A stretch of 64,000 bases of DNA from Macrostomum hystrix (lineage: Eukaryota; Animalia; Platyhelminthes): assembly GCA_950097015.1 (NCBI GenBank), contig CATNEN010000008.1:4526001-4590000 (forward strand), given 5' to 3'. The notes beneath the pieces are model-generated. The model saw nothing but the letters and a program-made list of their open reading frames with translations. It was not told where the DNA came from and made no database searches. Below, in pieces: positions 1 to 13,246 of this stretch. A program made the translations under genes and the position numbers. The number at the start of each line of letters is the position of its first letter. Position 1 is the first letter of the stretch.

Positions 1-410
1 AGTGGATTCTGCAGATTATTATTCAGTGGATTGTGTAGATTAGAATTAAGTGGAGACTCTAGATTAGAATCCATAAGGGTTTGTAGATTAGAATCCAGTG
101 GAGTCTGTAGATTAGAATCTAATGGAGTCTCTAGATTATAATCTAGTGGAGTCTGTAGATTAGAATCCAGTGGGGTCGGTAGATTAGAATACAGTAGGGT
201 CTGTAGATTAGAATCAAATGAGGTCTGTAGATAGAATCCTATGGAGTCTGTAGATAAGAATCTTATAGAGTCTGCAAACAAGAATCCTATGGAATCTGTA
301 GATTAGAATCCAGTGGGGTCTGTAGATTAGAATCCAGTGGAGTCCGTAGATTAGAATCCAGTGGAGTCTGTAGATTAGAATTCATTAGAGTCTGTAGATT
401 CGAATCCAGG
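1..410. repeat. 24-bp minisatellite (GTAGATTAGAATCCAGTGGAGTCT-like), in flotillin intron
   Basis: Degenerate tandem unit read directly; same family as 4175-5210. Confidence 0.9.
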
Positions 411-575
411 TAGCCGGGTAGTATTATGATAATTCTACTGAGGGATAACTAAGATAATTATTCTCTAAAGACAGCAATATAACTGTGTAAACAGAGTGCT
501 TAGTAAGATCCCAAAAATGGCTAATTTCAGCTCGCCTATCATAACGCAAGCTCTCCCCACCCCCACAATTTCCAG

Positions 576-1079
576 GAGCTGGAGATCGTTCGCAAGGAGC
601 GCCACCTGGACGCCAGCGTTCGCAAGCCAGCCGAGGCTGAGCGCTACCGCCTAGAGAAGCTGGCCGAAGCCGAGAACCAGAAGATTATACTGGAGGCCCA
701 GGCCGAAGCCGAATCCATCCAGCTCAAGGGCGAGGCCGAGGCCTATGCCATCGAGGCCAGGGCCAAGGCTACGGCCGAGCAGATGGCCAAGAAGGCCGAC
801 GCCTGGAAGGAATACGGCGAGGCGGCCAAGCTGGATCTGGTGCTGAAGACCCTGCCGAAACTGGCCGCCGAGGTGGCCCAACCGCTGGCCGGGGTGAAGA
901 AGATAACAATGGTTAGCAACGGCGGCAAAGGCTCCGAACTGGGCGCCTCCAAGATCACCGGCGAAGTGATGGACATCATGGAGCGCCTGCCGCGCATTGT
1001 CAACAGCATGGCCGGTGTGGACATCGCCAAGACGATGGGCGGCGACGGCAGCGGAGGTGGCGGCAAGAGGCGCAACTAA
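576..1079 (+). CDS. FLOT1: Flotillin-1 (reggie-2), last coding exon
   Basis: Acceptor tttccag at 575, then [33 protein letters not shown]...[35 protein letters not shown]...KITMVS...GASKITGEV, the flotillin C-terminal region; stop TAA at 1079. Confidence 0.93.
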   Translation, partial: ELEIVRKERHLDASVRKPAEAERYRLEKLAEAENQKIILEAQAEAESIQLKGEAEAYAIEARAKATAEQMAKKADAWKEYGEAAKLDLVLKTLPKLAAEVAQPLAGVKKITMVSNGGKGSELGASKITGEVMDIMERLPRIVNSMAGVDIAKTMGGDGSGGGGKRRN

Positions 1080-2061
1080 ATACGGTGGATAAGGAATGAT
1101 TGATGGTTTTTGCTGTTCTGTTTTTGTTTTCGTTTAACTGACAGATGCACTATCTACAAATCTTCTATTTCTTAATTTATATTCGTTATCTGTCTACGCG
1201 ATCTTCACTGTCTCTTATGATAATTAACCATATGACTGTCGCTCATAAACTACCAAAAAACGCTGAAACGGAGTAACAATCAAATTGTTTTCTTTAATTT
1301 TATCTGAAATTCAATACTTTTAAAAAGTGATCGCAATTGTAAGAAACGGTTTTTGTTGTTGTTTTGTTTCTTCTTCAATAGCTACCCGTTTTCGCAATAC
1401 AAAAAACAATGCTTCTTGTTTTTTCTTTAAATTGAGGATTTTTATCCCGTAGGCAATCCCGCCTGTATCTCAGGAATTGGACTTGTCATCTCCAATTCTT
1501 TTTTGATTCTCTTCTTTTTTATCGCGTCTATGTGCAATAGTTGCTACTACATAGTTTACAGTAATATAGATGTTGTTGGCTAGCATTAACTTCGCGCAGT
1601 AATTATTCAAGCTTAAAAACTGTCGATTAATATATTTATTGACCAGGCTTTTTATTTTAAATTGTCCTCACAAAAAGTTTAGCTTTTATTAAACACTATT
1701 TATTTATTTCTTCTTCTGTAAATTTACAATTGAGTTTTAGAATCACTTCTCTTGCAGCCAGGTTTCTCAATTGTTTTATTTCTTTACATTTTTGTTGGGT
1801 TTGTTTGTTTTCACAATTCTAGAGCATACTTTAGATCCGGTTTAATTGAGGGGATAATCAATTACCATATTAAAATTGTTAACACCTTAATTTATTTTTT
1901 TAGTATATAGGACTAGCGAATTCAAACCCCCTTAGATCCCCAAATCAATTTGAATTTCATAAGCGCTACTTTCAGTAGTGCAGTATTAGTCCTTAAAATA
2001 TAATAAACCTGTTTGCGATTTAAACTGATCTCGCGATGCTTAAATTGTTCTTTATGCTCTC

Positions 2062-2085
2062 ATATATATATATATATATATATAT
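2062..2085. repeat. (TA)n microsatellite
   Basis: Direct reading. Confidence 0.9.
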
Positions 2086-2359
2086 CAAATCTAAATGCAT
2101 ATTTTTGTCTATATACAAACCCTATACACATGCGCAGCAAACAAAAACAGTTTTTGTAAGTCCAGATTTGAGCAGATAAACGCAAAAAAAGATAAAAAGA
2201 TAGCTGGGATGGCCAGTCGCTCACCTAACCCACTGTTCGGTGACGTTTTGTGCATGTCGCTTCAATCTTCTATTCGACCCGTTAATCCGCTTCTAAGTGA
2301 TAGAAACAAATTTTATATTAGATCATGCCTTTCGTGTGTTCTGTTATTTGCTGTTTTCT

Positions 2360-2680
2360 GGGGGGGCCAGTGGCCGAGCGGTCTAATGCATTTGCCTCTC
2401 ACACCAAGGTCTCTGAGCACGATTTCACGGTGAGGCCACATTTATTTGGTGCGCAGCCGCGGAGAGAAGACTTGGGGGGTTGTCGGGCAATTGACGCCCT
2501 TGAGGGCCAACCTTCAAGACACAGTGAGAGTGTACACTGCCTGACAATGAGAAAGTCAGGGCAGATGTACACACCTGTGTGAGTGTATGCCTGCTTAAGT
2601 ATCTGAGTGCGTGTGTGCTCAGGAGTCAGCGGAATGGGTAGAATTGCCTCCCTCCTGCACATATTATTATTATTATTATA
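2360..2680 (+). mobile_element. tRNA-derived SINE, family A, copy 1
   Basis: A-box-like TGGCCGAGCGG, degenerate B box, body shared with 29896-30160 and 44451-44608, (TAT)n tail at 2661-2680. Confidence 0.75.
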
Positions 2681-2744
2681 AAATTTCCTGTGGTCTCTAG
2701 ATTCTGTCACCGCTGCGTATAGATCTCCCAGCATTCAGTCTCTA

Positions 2745-3780
2745 GATCATCTCAGTTAGTATCCAGTCTCTAGATCATCTCAGTTAGCATCCAGTCTCTA
2801 GATAATCTCAGTTAGCATCCAGTCTCTAGATCATCTCAGTTAGCATCCAGTCTCTAGATGATCTCAGTTAGCATCCAGTCTCTAGATCATCTCTGTTAGC
2901 ATCCAGTCTCTAGATCATCTCAGTTAGCATCCAATCTCTAGATCATCTCAGTTAGCATCCAGTCTCTAGATCATCTCAGTTAGCATCCAGTCTCTAGATC
3001 ATCTCAGTTAGCATCCAGTCTCTAGATCATCTCAGTTAGCATCCAATCTCTAGATCATCTCAGTTAGCATCCAATCTCTAGATCATCTCAGTTAGCATCC
3101 AGTCTCTAGATGATCTCAGTTAGCATCCAGTCTCTAGATCATCTCAGTTAGCATCCAGTCTCTAGATCATCTCAGTTAGCATCCAATCTCTAGATCATCT
3201 CAGTTAGCATCCAATCTCTAGATCATCTCAGTTAGCATCCAGTCTCTAGATCATCTCAGTTAGCATCCAGTCTCTAGATGATCTCAGTTAGCATCCAGTC
3301 TCTAGATCATCTCTGTTAGCATCCAGTCTCTAGATCATCTCAGTTAGCATCCAATCTCTAGATCATCTCAGTTAGCATCCAGTCTCTAGATCATCTCAGT
3401 TAGCATCCAGTCTCTAGATCATCTCAGTTAGCATCCAGTCTCTAGATCATCTCAGTTAGCATCCAATCTCTAGATCATCTCAGTTAGCATCCAATCTCTA
3501 GATCATCTCAGTTAGCATCCAGTCTCTAGATCATCTCAGTTAGCATCCAGTCTCTAGATCATCTCAGTTAGCATCCAGTCTCTAGATCATCTCAGTTAGC
3601 ATCCAGTCTCTAGATCATCTCAGTAAGCATCCAGTCTCTAGATCATCTCAGTTAGCATCCAGTCTCTAGATCATCTCAGTTAGCATCCAGTCTCTAGATC
3701 ATCTCAGTTAGCATCCAGTCTCTAGATCATCTCAGTAAGCATCCAGTCTCTAGATCATCTCAGTTAGCATCCAATCTCCA
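2745..3780. repeat. 28-bp minisatellite (CAGTCTCTAGATCATCTCAGTTAGCATC), ~37 units
   Basis: Period 28 counted; very homogeneous. Confidence 0.97.
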
Positions 3781-3807
3781 GACACCAGTACTTTTTCCAT
3801 ATTTCAG

Positions 3808-3945
3808 CAGCTACATCGACTCCAGTTGCAGTATAATTATGCTCAGTATTCATCTGAAGAATTGTCAGCAACAAGGGACAAAAGCCGTTTCATCAGGACC
3901 AAACAATGGAGCTTGTGTTGTCGGGCGAAGAACAGTAATTCAAAA
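3808..3945 (+). CDS. Possible isolated internal exon (QLHRLQLQYNYAQYSSEELSATRDKSRFIRTKQWSLCCRAKNSNSK)
   Basis: Strong acceptor (tttccatatttcag) and donor (aaaa/gtgagt), 138 nt open in phase 0; no recognised homology. Confidence 0.3.
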
Positions 3946-4174
3946 GTGAGTGAAGACCTCTTCACAGTCGGCATTGTGCTATATCAGAGGATCTAAGCAG
4001 TACAAGTATAGAATTTCTTTTGTTTGCCATGGATAGGAAGAGATAGAAATATAGCAATAAAGAATATTAACAATAAACACTAAACAGAAAATACGAGTAT
4101 AAACAAGAAAGTGAAATGCCTTAGTGAAAAAATGTGCCAACTGCCGAAATCTGGCCTGGAATCCACTGAATAGA

Positions 4175-5210
4175 GGAGTCTGTAGATTAGATTTTACCGG
4201 AGCCTGTAGATTAGATTTTACCGGAGCCTGTAGATTAGAATCCTATGGAGTCTGTAGATCAGATTTTACCGGAGCCTGTAGATTAGATTTTACCGGAGCC
4301 TGTAGATTCGATTTTACTGGAGCCTGTAGATTATATTTTACTGGAGCCTGTAGATTAGATTTTACTGGAGCCTGTAGATTAGATTTTACTGGAGCCTGTA
4401 GATTAGATTTTATTGGAGCCAGTAGATTAGAATCCTATGGAGTCTGTTGATAAAATCCAATGGAGTCTGTAGATTAGAATCCAGTGGGGTCTGTAGATTA
4501 GAATCCTATGGAATCTGTAGATTAGAATCCTATGGAATCTGTAGATTAGAATCCAATGGAGTCTGTAGATTATAATCCAATGGAGTCTGTAGATTAGAAT
4601 CCAATGGAGTCTGTAGATTAGAATCCAGTGGGGTCTGTAGATTAGAATCCAATGGAGTCTGTAGATTATAATCCAATGGAGTCTGCAGATAAAAATCCTA
4701 TGGAGTCTGTAGATTAGAATCCTATGGAGTCTGTAGATCAGATTTTACCGGAGCCTGTAGATTAGATTTTACCGGAGCCTGTAGATTCGATTTTACTGGA
4801 GCCTGTAGATTATATTTTACTGGAGCCTGTAGATTCGATTTTATTGGAGCCTGTAGATTAGACTTTACTGGAGCCTGTAGATTATATTTTACCGGAGCCT
4901 GTAGATTAGATTTTACCGGAGCCTATAGATTAGAATCCTATGGAGACAGTAGATTAGAATCCTATGAAGTCTGTAGATTAGAATCCTATAGAGTCTGTTG
5001 ATAAAATCCTATGGAGTCTGTTGATAAAATCCAATGGAGTCTGTAGATAAGAATCCTATGGTGTCTGTAGATAAGAATCCTATGGAGTCTGTAGATCAGA
5101 TTTTACTGGAGTCTGTAGATCAGATTTTACCGGAGTCCGTTGATTAGATTTTATTGGAGTCTGTAGATCAAATTTTACTGGAGCCTGTAGATTAGAATCG
5201 TATTGAGTCT
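4175..5210. repeat. 24-bp minisatellite with two alternating subtypes (GTAGATTAGATTTTACCGGAGCCT / GTAGATTAGAATCCAATGGAGTCT)
   Basis: Direct reading; same family as 1-410. Confidence 0.95.
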
Positions 5211-5734
5211 GTGTTCTATAACCTAGGAGTTAGGTCCAGTTAGAGTGCTCTACTCTTATCTGCAGGATAATCCTAAGATGCACCCAGTGCACTCGGTGCA
5301 AGTTGTATCATTTGGCACAGAGCTCAATAAATTCAGAATTAGTCTGAGCAGCCAGCTGTGCATGAATGGGAAGTTTTGCGCTGGAATCTGGCTCCGAGAC
5401 AGATTCTCGTCTGCGCTTTGATACGTTCTCCTGTAAGATGTATTATTTTACACACAACAATGCGCACGGCGCTTAGAATACTAAAAAAATCCCTACTTGT
5501 CCGGAGCCCTGCGACCGCCCACCAACGCGGCCTGACTTCTCTGCCCCACAGCCAATCCGACCCTCAACTGTTCCCCACGCATTCTTTGATCCCCATTTTT
5601 GCATCCTCTCTCCCCACCACTCTGTCTCCAGTGCAGATGAATATTTCAGTGCCCGGGAGGACACAGTGGGGAGGATAAATCCCGGGATTATCGTAGACTA
5701 GAAACACTTTCCGCTGCAGTTGTTGATTCTCTGC

Positions 5735-6440
5735 TCAGGTGTGCTCAGCACTCGAAGCTCGGCCTCTCAATATTCTATGATTGAATGTCTTCGCATCGGC
5801 TGCCACAGATCCGCTTGAGCCTGGTCGGCGAGTCTGACTCCGGCGCATCGCCAGCTCAACCTCCGGGCTCGGGAACAACTTCTTCGACATCTTCCAGCCG
5901 GATGCGACTGCCGTGGATCGGCGCCGCTGGCAACTCCGTGGCCGCCGGGCAGGTGAGAAAATATCCCACCTGGCCGGAGCTTCGAGTTGGCGATCTTCGC
6001 GGCGAGTCCTATCAGCGACGTCGTGCTGCGGCTCAGGCTCGCCTACTCGGCGACACGGCGGCGGCAGTCGCCACAATGTCGTCGCCGACCGACTCGGTTC
6101 AGTCGGAAGAAAGTGTCGAAGCAAGTCGGCGAGGAGCTCGCAGTCCGCCGCCAAGGAGGTCGGCGCCCCTTCTGCTGCCCTTGGATCTGGCGAAGCTCGA
6201 TGCCGACGAGGTCGACATTCACGAAGCCGACGACAAAGCTGGTCGCGATGGAGCTGGAGACCGGATTCGCGTCGCAGTTGAAGACATTGACGCCGGTGAG
6301 GACTCGGGAGACTGCGAGGAAGAGACGCAGCGGAGGACCAGGCAGCGGCGGCGGCGGCGGCGAAGGCGGAAGCAGCAGGCCGAGGTGGAAAGCTGCGACA
6401 AGCCCTGACAAACAACTGCTCGATGCTGAGGCTGGCTGAT
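5735..6440. CDS. GC-rich probable coding island; strand and frame unresolved (+ 5785-6408 versus - frame ending at 5735)
   Basis: GC-rich like confirmed exons; long open frames on both strands; no recognisable domain. Confidence 0.35.
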
Positions 6441-6452
6441 GACCTTGCTGGT

Positions 6453-6826
6453 GATTCTGGAGTCTGACACGATGCTGATGGTTCTGGAGTCTGACACGAT
6501 GCTGATGGTTCTGGAGTCTGACACGATGCTGATGGTGGAGTCTGACACGATGCTGATCGTTCTGGAGTCTGACACGATGCTGATGGTGGAGTCTGACACG
6601 ATGCTGATGGTGGAGTCTGACACGATGCTGATGGTGGAGTCTGACACGATGCTGATGGTGGAGTCTGACACGATGCTGATGGTGGAGTCTGACACGATGC
6701 TGATGGTGGAGTCTGACACGATGCTGATGGTGGAGTCTGACACGATGCTGATGGTGGAGTCTGACACGATGCTGATGGTGGAGTCTGACACGATGCTGAT
6801 GGTGGAGTCTGACACGATGCTGATGA
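6453..6826. repeat. 24-bp (27-bp variant) minisatellite GAGTCTGACACGATGCTGATGGTG
   Basis: Direct reading. Confidence 0.95.
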
Positions 6827-7387
6827 TTTTACAGTGTACAGTGTTTTCATTTTACTGGTGCTTAGTTGTTTGTTTCGCAAGGTTACATGTCAAAGTACAA
6901 GTACCTGTACTTTTATTGCACTGGACTGCTAGAAAGTTATTTTGAGAGGCCTACGTAAAGATTTTTTCTGTTGTCAGGTATTCAGCCACTTGAATCTATT
7001 TATCTATCTGATGTACAAACCATTTTACCGTTTCTGGTGTACCGGATTGTTGTATCGTTCCCTTAGGCTCAAAGCACTAAATAGAAATGCACTTTTCTAA
7101 CCCGAGTGAATTATTATGCAATCATCTCAATCTTTTCAACTCTGTTTGAGAGCACATCTTCATTTTTCTAACCCAATATGCCTTTTTCATGTTATCGGTA
7201 AATCCATACTGAAATGCAGGATAGACTTTTGCAAAAGAAAATATTTTTATACGCGGACAACTGTTCAAATTTATTACTGTCAGTAGAATATAGAAAATTT
7301 ATGCTGCGGAGTAAAAGTATTCGTAGTTTTACGCCCTGTGTCTTTTGCAGGTATTTGGTTGTAGGGATTAAAAAGAATGGGATGAAT

Positions 7388-7950
7388 ACACAGACACACA
7401 CAGATAGACATCACAGACACACAGACGGACATGCACACAGACACGCACAAACAGACATACACAGACATGTACACACAGACATACTCGTACATACACACAG
7501 ACACACACAGACATCACGCACAGACATCACAGACAGACATACACAGACAGACATCACAGACAGACATCACACAGACAGACATCACAGACAGACATCACAC
7601 AGACAGACATCACGCACAGACATCACAGACAGACATCACAGACAGACATCACACACAGACATACACAGACAGACATCACAGACAGACATCACACACAGAC
7701 ATCACACACAGACATCACACACAGACATCACAGACAGACATACACAGACAGACATCACAGACAGACATCACAGACAGACATCACAGACAGACATCACAGA
7801 CAGACATCACACACAGACATACACAGACAGACATCACAGACAGACATCACAGACAGACATCACAGACAGACATCACACACAGACATCACACACAGACATC
7901 ACAGACAGACATCACAGACAGACATCACACACATACATACACAGACACAG
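7388..7950. repeat. Compound (ACAG/ACAC/ACAT) microsatellite
   Basis: Direct reading. Confidence 0.9.
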
Positions 7951-8269
7951 GCATGCGCACATAATATGAAGCAAATAAAATATATGTACATATAAGTGGT
8001 GCCTCCACAATGGCCAGCCGGGCCACCCACAAGACTCGGTGACGCGCAAAAACGAGGTATAACGTTTAGCAACAGCTGCAGCTCGGACTACAATTCGAAG
8101 ATAGCAGTTGAATGAATAGATTTCACACCCTTGACTATTGCGTATGTCGCTAGAGCTTTCGAGTGAGTCATCAAATATCTGGGCTATCTGAAATGCTTGC
8201 ACTTTTCATCACCTCCATGTTGAGAGCTCGTCATTTTACTAATGAAGTTTTAAATGACAGAAACACAAG

Positions 8270-8910
8270 CTTAGAGTGACAGACTACATAAGCTTAGAGT
8301 GACAGACTACATAAGCTGAGAGTGACAGACTACATAAGCTGAGAGTGACAGACTACATAAGCTGAGAGTGACAGACTACATAAGCTGAGAGTGACAGACT
8401 ACATAAGCTGAGAGTGACAGACTACATAAGCTGAGAGTGACAGACTACGTAAGCTTAGAGGGACAGACTACATATGCTTAGAGTGACAGACTACATAAGC
8501 TGAGAGTGACAGACTACATAAGCTGAGTGTGACAGACTACGTAAGCTTAAAGGGACAGACTACATATGCTTAGAGTGACAGACTATATAAGCTTAGAATG
8601 ACAGACTACATAAGCTGAGAGTGACAGACTACATAAGCTGAGTGTGACAGACTACGTAAGCTTAAAGGGACAGACTACATATGCTTAGAGTGACAGACTA
8701 CATAAGCTTAGAATGACAGACTACATAAGCTCTCTTAAATCCAGAGAATTAGAGTGACAGACCAGAGAATAAGAATGACAGACCAGAGAATTAGAGTGAC
8801 AGACCAGAGAATTAGAGTGACAGACCAGAGAATTAGAGTGACAGACCAGAGAATTAGAGTGACAGACCAGAGAATAAGAGTGACAGGCTAGAGACACAGA
8901 GTGACAGAGA
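8270..8910. repeat. 23-bp array (AGAGTGACAGACTACATAAGCTG) followed by related 21-bp array (AGAGAATTAGAGTGACAGACC)
   Basis: Periods counted from sequence. Confidence 0.93.
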
Positions 8911-9789
8911 ATTGTGCAGAAGGCGAAAGTACACTCGATTAAAGTAAAACAGGCTGAAGGAGACTGAAGGAAAGAGGGAGGAGCTAGTTCCAGACCCGGA
9001 CAGGTGGGCCGAAGGCCGTTTCTCATTTCTCAGCAGCAGCCTGAGCACACTGCAGCCAACTAGAGCACTTCTCATTGTTGAGTATAGTTAGGCTTTGAGA
9101 AGCGGTTAAATAATTGATTCCACTGAAACTGAGAAGGAGTCCACGCTCCATGCTCTGACAGAAGAAGCATAGCGCAACTGCCCGACTGTTTTTTAAGGGG
9201 AGAAAATTTTGCGGAATAGCGGGAGGGGGGAGAATTGAAAAGAAAACCTCCGGCTTCTTTGAAGTCCCCTTCAGTCCGGCGTCAGGGGAGCTGAAACTGC
9301 AGCTGCTGACTGCCCTCTCCTCCCCCAGGGGATCTCAACGAGAGTGGAGGAAGGGGAGAGGAGCTGCTAGGATAAACTCCCAATTGCGTTGGGCAATTTC
9401 TTCGAAAAAGGGGACAGTGAACTAAAATCCCAGACCTCCGCTTCCGGGTTCATTCTTTCCCTTGTCCAAAACCGCAGAATCCGACCGTCAGTCCCAGATG
9501 GGATAACAACTACCGCTGCGAGAATTCCCCCACACACCCCGACAAACTCCAGACAAACTTTTCTAGGTGATTCTGATTTGCTTTCGTCAGTGTCGCATCC
9601 TCTCCTGGCCTGTCTAGAAACCAGGATTTCTTCTGAGAGCACCGCTGGCTCCATTGGCAAGGCCCAAAACAGCCACGCTTCCCTAAAAACTCATTCTCCA
9701 CAGTGTCACAGATTTTTCCCATTTCTTGTATTCTTCCCCATTTTACAGAATCTTTCCCATTTCCTGGATTCTTCCCAATTTTATGGAGT

Positions 9790-10780
9790 CTGCCCCATTT
9801 AATAAATTCTTCCCCATTTCACAGATTATTCCCCATTTCACATATTATTCCCCATTTCACAGATTATTCCCCATTTCACAGATTATTCCCCATTTCACAG
9901 ATTATTCCCCATTTCACATATTATTCCCCATTTCACATATTATTCCCCATTTCACAGATTATTCCCCATTTCACAGATTATTCCCCATTTCACAGATTCT
10001 TTCCCATTTCACAGATTATTCCCCATTTCACAGATTATTCCCCATTTCACAGATTTTTCCCCATTTCACAGATTATTCCCCATTTTACAGATTCTTTCCC
10101 ATTTCACAGATTCTTCCCCATTTCACAGATTATTCCCTATTTCACAGATTATTCCCCATTTCACAGATTATTCCCCATTTCACAGATTATTCCCCATTTC
10201 ACAGATTCTTCCCCATTTCACAGATTATTCCCTATTTCACAGATTCTTCCCCATTTCACAGATTATTCCCTATTTCACAGATTATTCCCCATTTCACAGA
10301 TTATTCCCCATTTCACAGATTATTCCCCATTTCCCAGAATCTTCCCCATTTCACAGATTATTCCCCATTTCACAGATTATTCCCCATTTCCCAGAATCTT
10401 CCCCATTTCACAGATTATTCCCCATTTCACAGATTATTCCCCATTTTACAGATTCTTTCCCATTTCACAGAATCTTCCCCATTTCACAGATTATTCCCCA
10501 TTTCACAGATTATTCCCCATTTCCCAGAATCTTCCCCATTTCACAGATTATTCCCCATTTCACAGATTATTCCCCATTTCACAGATTATTCCCCATTTCA
10601 CAGATTATTCCCCATTTCACAGATTCTTTCCCATTTCACAGATTCTTCCCCATTTCACAGATTATTCCCTATTTCACAGATTATTCCCCATTTCACAGAT
10701 TATTCCCCATTTCCCAGAATCTTCCCATTTCACAGATTATTCCCCATTTCACAGAATCTTCCCCATTTCACAGACTTTTA
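9790..10780. repeat. 19-bp minisatellite TTCCCCATTTCACAGATTA
   Basis: Direct reading; 19-aa period in ORF track equals 3x19 bp. Confidence 0.96.
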
Positions 10781-11371
10781 TCCATGGAAGTGACAATAAT
10801 TTTTCGTATATTAGACAGAGAGGATTCGCGTATTGAGTGCAAACTGTGAAATCGCTTCAACTATTGAGTAATAAAGCTGACACAGTGGAGTTTTTTGGCA
10901 CACAAAGAAGCGATCGTTTATTTTTCACACTGCACTGCAAAGCATGAGGGTAATTCTCTGCTCCCATTCTATACTTTAATATACTAGTATAACAATGTGT
11001 GCCATATACTCTTCATAATAGCCTGGTCCGATCCCCTGTCTGGTGGGCTGGGCTTGGTCCTCTGCCGATTTGCCGACCACCGGCACTTCAAAAAACGTTG
11101 CATTCCAGTAGCTGATAGCCTGGGATTAGAAGGGGCTTGACACCTTCTAGACTAGCTGCCTAGTGACTGGCTGCCCTGGTCAGGACTGACAGCTCGCTGA
11201 CTGACGGACAATGCGACTGGGCAGCCGGGCTGCCACCGGGCATTTTTATTCTTCCTGTTTGTCTCCTCCCTGCCTATCCTGGCCATTGTGAGAGCCATTT
11301 TTTTTAAATTAGCACTTCTACAATGACTGATGTCAGTCAGGGCACTTTGAATTGGAAGTAAAGAGGAGAGA

Positions 11372-11762
11372 GCAGGACAGGACAGGAGTGGACAGGACAG
11401 GACAGGAGTGGACAGGACAGGACAGGAGTGGACAGGACAGGACAGGAGTGGACAGGACAGGACAGGAGTGGACAGGACAGGACAGGAGTGGACAGGACAG
11501 GACAGGAGTGGACAGGACAGGAGTGGACAGGACAGGACAGGACAGGACAGGACAGGACAGAACAGGAGTGGACAGGATAGGACAGGACAGGACAGGACAG
11601 GACAGGACAGGACAGGAGTGGACAGGACAGGACAGGACAGGACAGGACAGGACAGGAGTGGACAGGACAGGACAGGACAGGACAGGAGTGGACAGGACAG
11701 GACAGGGGAGGAAAGGAGAGGAGAGGAGAGGAGAGGAGAGGAGAGGAGAGGAGAGGAGAGGA
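11372..11762. repeat. (GGACA)n then (GGAGA)n pentanucleotide repeat
   Basis: Direct reading. Confidence 0.95.
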
Positions 11763-11886
11763 GCTGAAAGTGTCAAAAAATCAACCGTACTTTATTATAT
11801 GTGGAACAAATTATGACATTTATATTCACATGCTTACCGCTCGACGCTAATATTGTGTGAATTTGCAGGCGAATATTAGGTCTCCA

Positions 11887-12036
11887 GCCATTGGCTGAGG
11901 CTCTCGGCCAATCAGCTCGCTGCAAGTTGGGCAAAGCAATCAAGGCGGCGCAGTTCGTTACTCATTCCAGTGGGCTGAACCAGATAAAAGAGCTCACACA
12001 TCAGCTGCCGGGTGGCAGGGAATTGACCCAGCCAAT
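11887..12036 (+). promoter_or_regulatory. Candidate CCAAT-box promoter region of the anosmin gene
   Basis: ATTGG/CCAAT motifs near 11890, 11908 and 12031, 160-300 bp upstream of the ATG. Confidence 0.3.
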
Positions 12037-12190
12037 TAAGAAGCCGGAATCCAGTTTAAACTCCGAGTTGGTTGCTAGTTTTAATAAAAGCAATTTGGCC
12101 CGCTTTCGCAAGAAAATTATCATATCAATAGAAAATTTACTCTCAACAATTTCTTCAGAGGAAGAAAACGCGAATTAGAAAGGCTGCGAG

Positions 12191-12334
12191 ATGCAGAAAA
12201 AACTGCTTCATCAGCTGCTTCTGCTGATTTTGATCATCGTCGAGATGATGAGTTCAACAACTCAAGCCATCAGATCCGACGGTGAAGCAAGGACACAGTG
12301 CATTGCCGCCTGCTTGAAGGAATTCAAAGCCAGG
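12191..12334 (+). CDS. ANOS1: Anosmin-1/KAL-1 exon 1 (signal peptide plus first CxxxC)
   Basis: MQKKLLHQLLLLILIIVEMMSSTTQA...RTQCIAACLKEFKAR; donor gtgagt, phase 0. Confidence 0.8.
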
Positions 12335-12407
12335 GTGAGTTTGATATCCTTTGAATATGGGAAGAACCTATCAGGTTAGAGGAATCGCAAAAAGGACTCA
12401 AATCTCA

Positions 12408-12800
12408 GCAGGAACCGTGGCTAGAATCGAAGCGAGAACCGTAGCTAGAATCGAAGCAAGAACCGTAGCTAGAATCGAAGCAAGAACCGTAGCTAGAATC
12501 GAAGCGAGAACCGTAGCTAGAATCGAAGCAGGAACCGTAGCTAGAATCGAAGCAAGAACCGTAGCTAGAATCGAAGCGAGAACCGTAGCTAGAATCGAAG
12601 CAAGAACCGTAGCTAGAATCGAAGCAAGAACCGTAGCTAGAATCGAAGCAGGAACCGTGGCTAGAATCGAAGCAAGAACCGTTGCTAGAATCGAAGCAAG
12701 AACCGTAGCTAGAATCAAAGCAAGAACTGTAGCTAGAATCGAAGCAAGAACTGTAGCTAGAATCGAAGCAAGAACTGTAGCTAGAATCGAAGCAAGAACC
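12408..12800. repeat. 24-bp minisatellite CCGTAGCTAGAATCGAAGCAAGAA
   Basis: Direct reading. Confidence 0.96.
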
Positions 12801-13246
12801 TAAGCGAATGACTCGAAATCAAGGTGATAATCTATATACAATGATAGAACCTTGGCTTCATGCCTATTATATCTTGGCCCCTCCAAATGGCGACAGAAAT
12901 GTGAGTCATAAATCAGGGAATTCTTCTACCATTCTCGTGGCAACGCAAATTTGTTGAATCACAGGCAGTTGAGAAGGCCAACTTTGTGATTGTCACGCCG
13001 AAATGAGATCGTTATAAATCGGCCACTATTTATTACTCTTCTATAAGATCCCCAAGGGACAAATTTCGAATAGCTGTTTATTGGGGCCAAAGCGGTGACT
13101 CAGAACTCAGTGGCGAATTCTTGCATACAAGGCTGAGGTGCCCTTGTCTTAACTGGCCTTAATAATTATGCTAAACTGCTTGTGCAGTTATTGCCATGAT
13201 CTCAATCATCACGGAAATGATTCAGATGCTGTTATCAGTATAGCTG

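Noticed and set aside
2530-2572. Canonical hammerhead ribozyme or SECIS in the SINE hairpin
   Set aside because: No helix II/III geometry; SECIS GA-quartet and spacing not met; kept only as a structured-domain finding
2745-3780. Regular repeat arrays as CRISPR
   Set aside because: Units are head-to-tail with no unique spacers, the context is eukaryotic, and no cas genes are present
6043-6150. FYVE-like TCFDTFF...RRRHCGDC on the minus strand
   Set aside because: Cys ligands are incomplete and a stop follows immediately
9703-10836. Long ORFs in repeats (also 6439, 12351, 22910, 24321, 31904, 31944, 41968, 55038, etc.)
   Set aside because: Periodic translations of stop-free minisatellites; most lie in introns or spacers
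11891-12178. 95-aa ORF upstream of anosmin
   Set aside because: Non-ATG start, overlaps CCAAT boxes and AT-rich sequence, no domain
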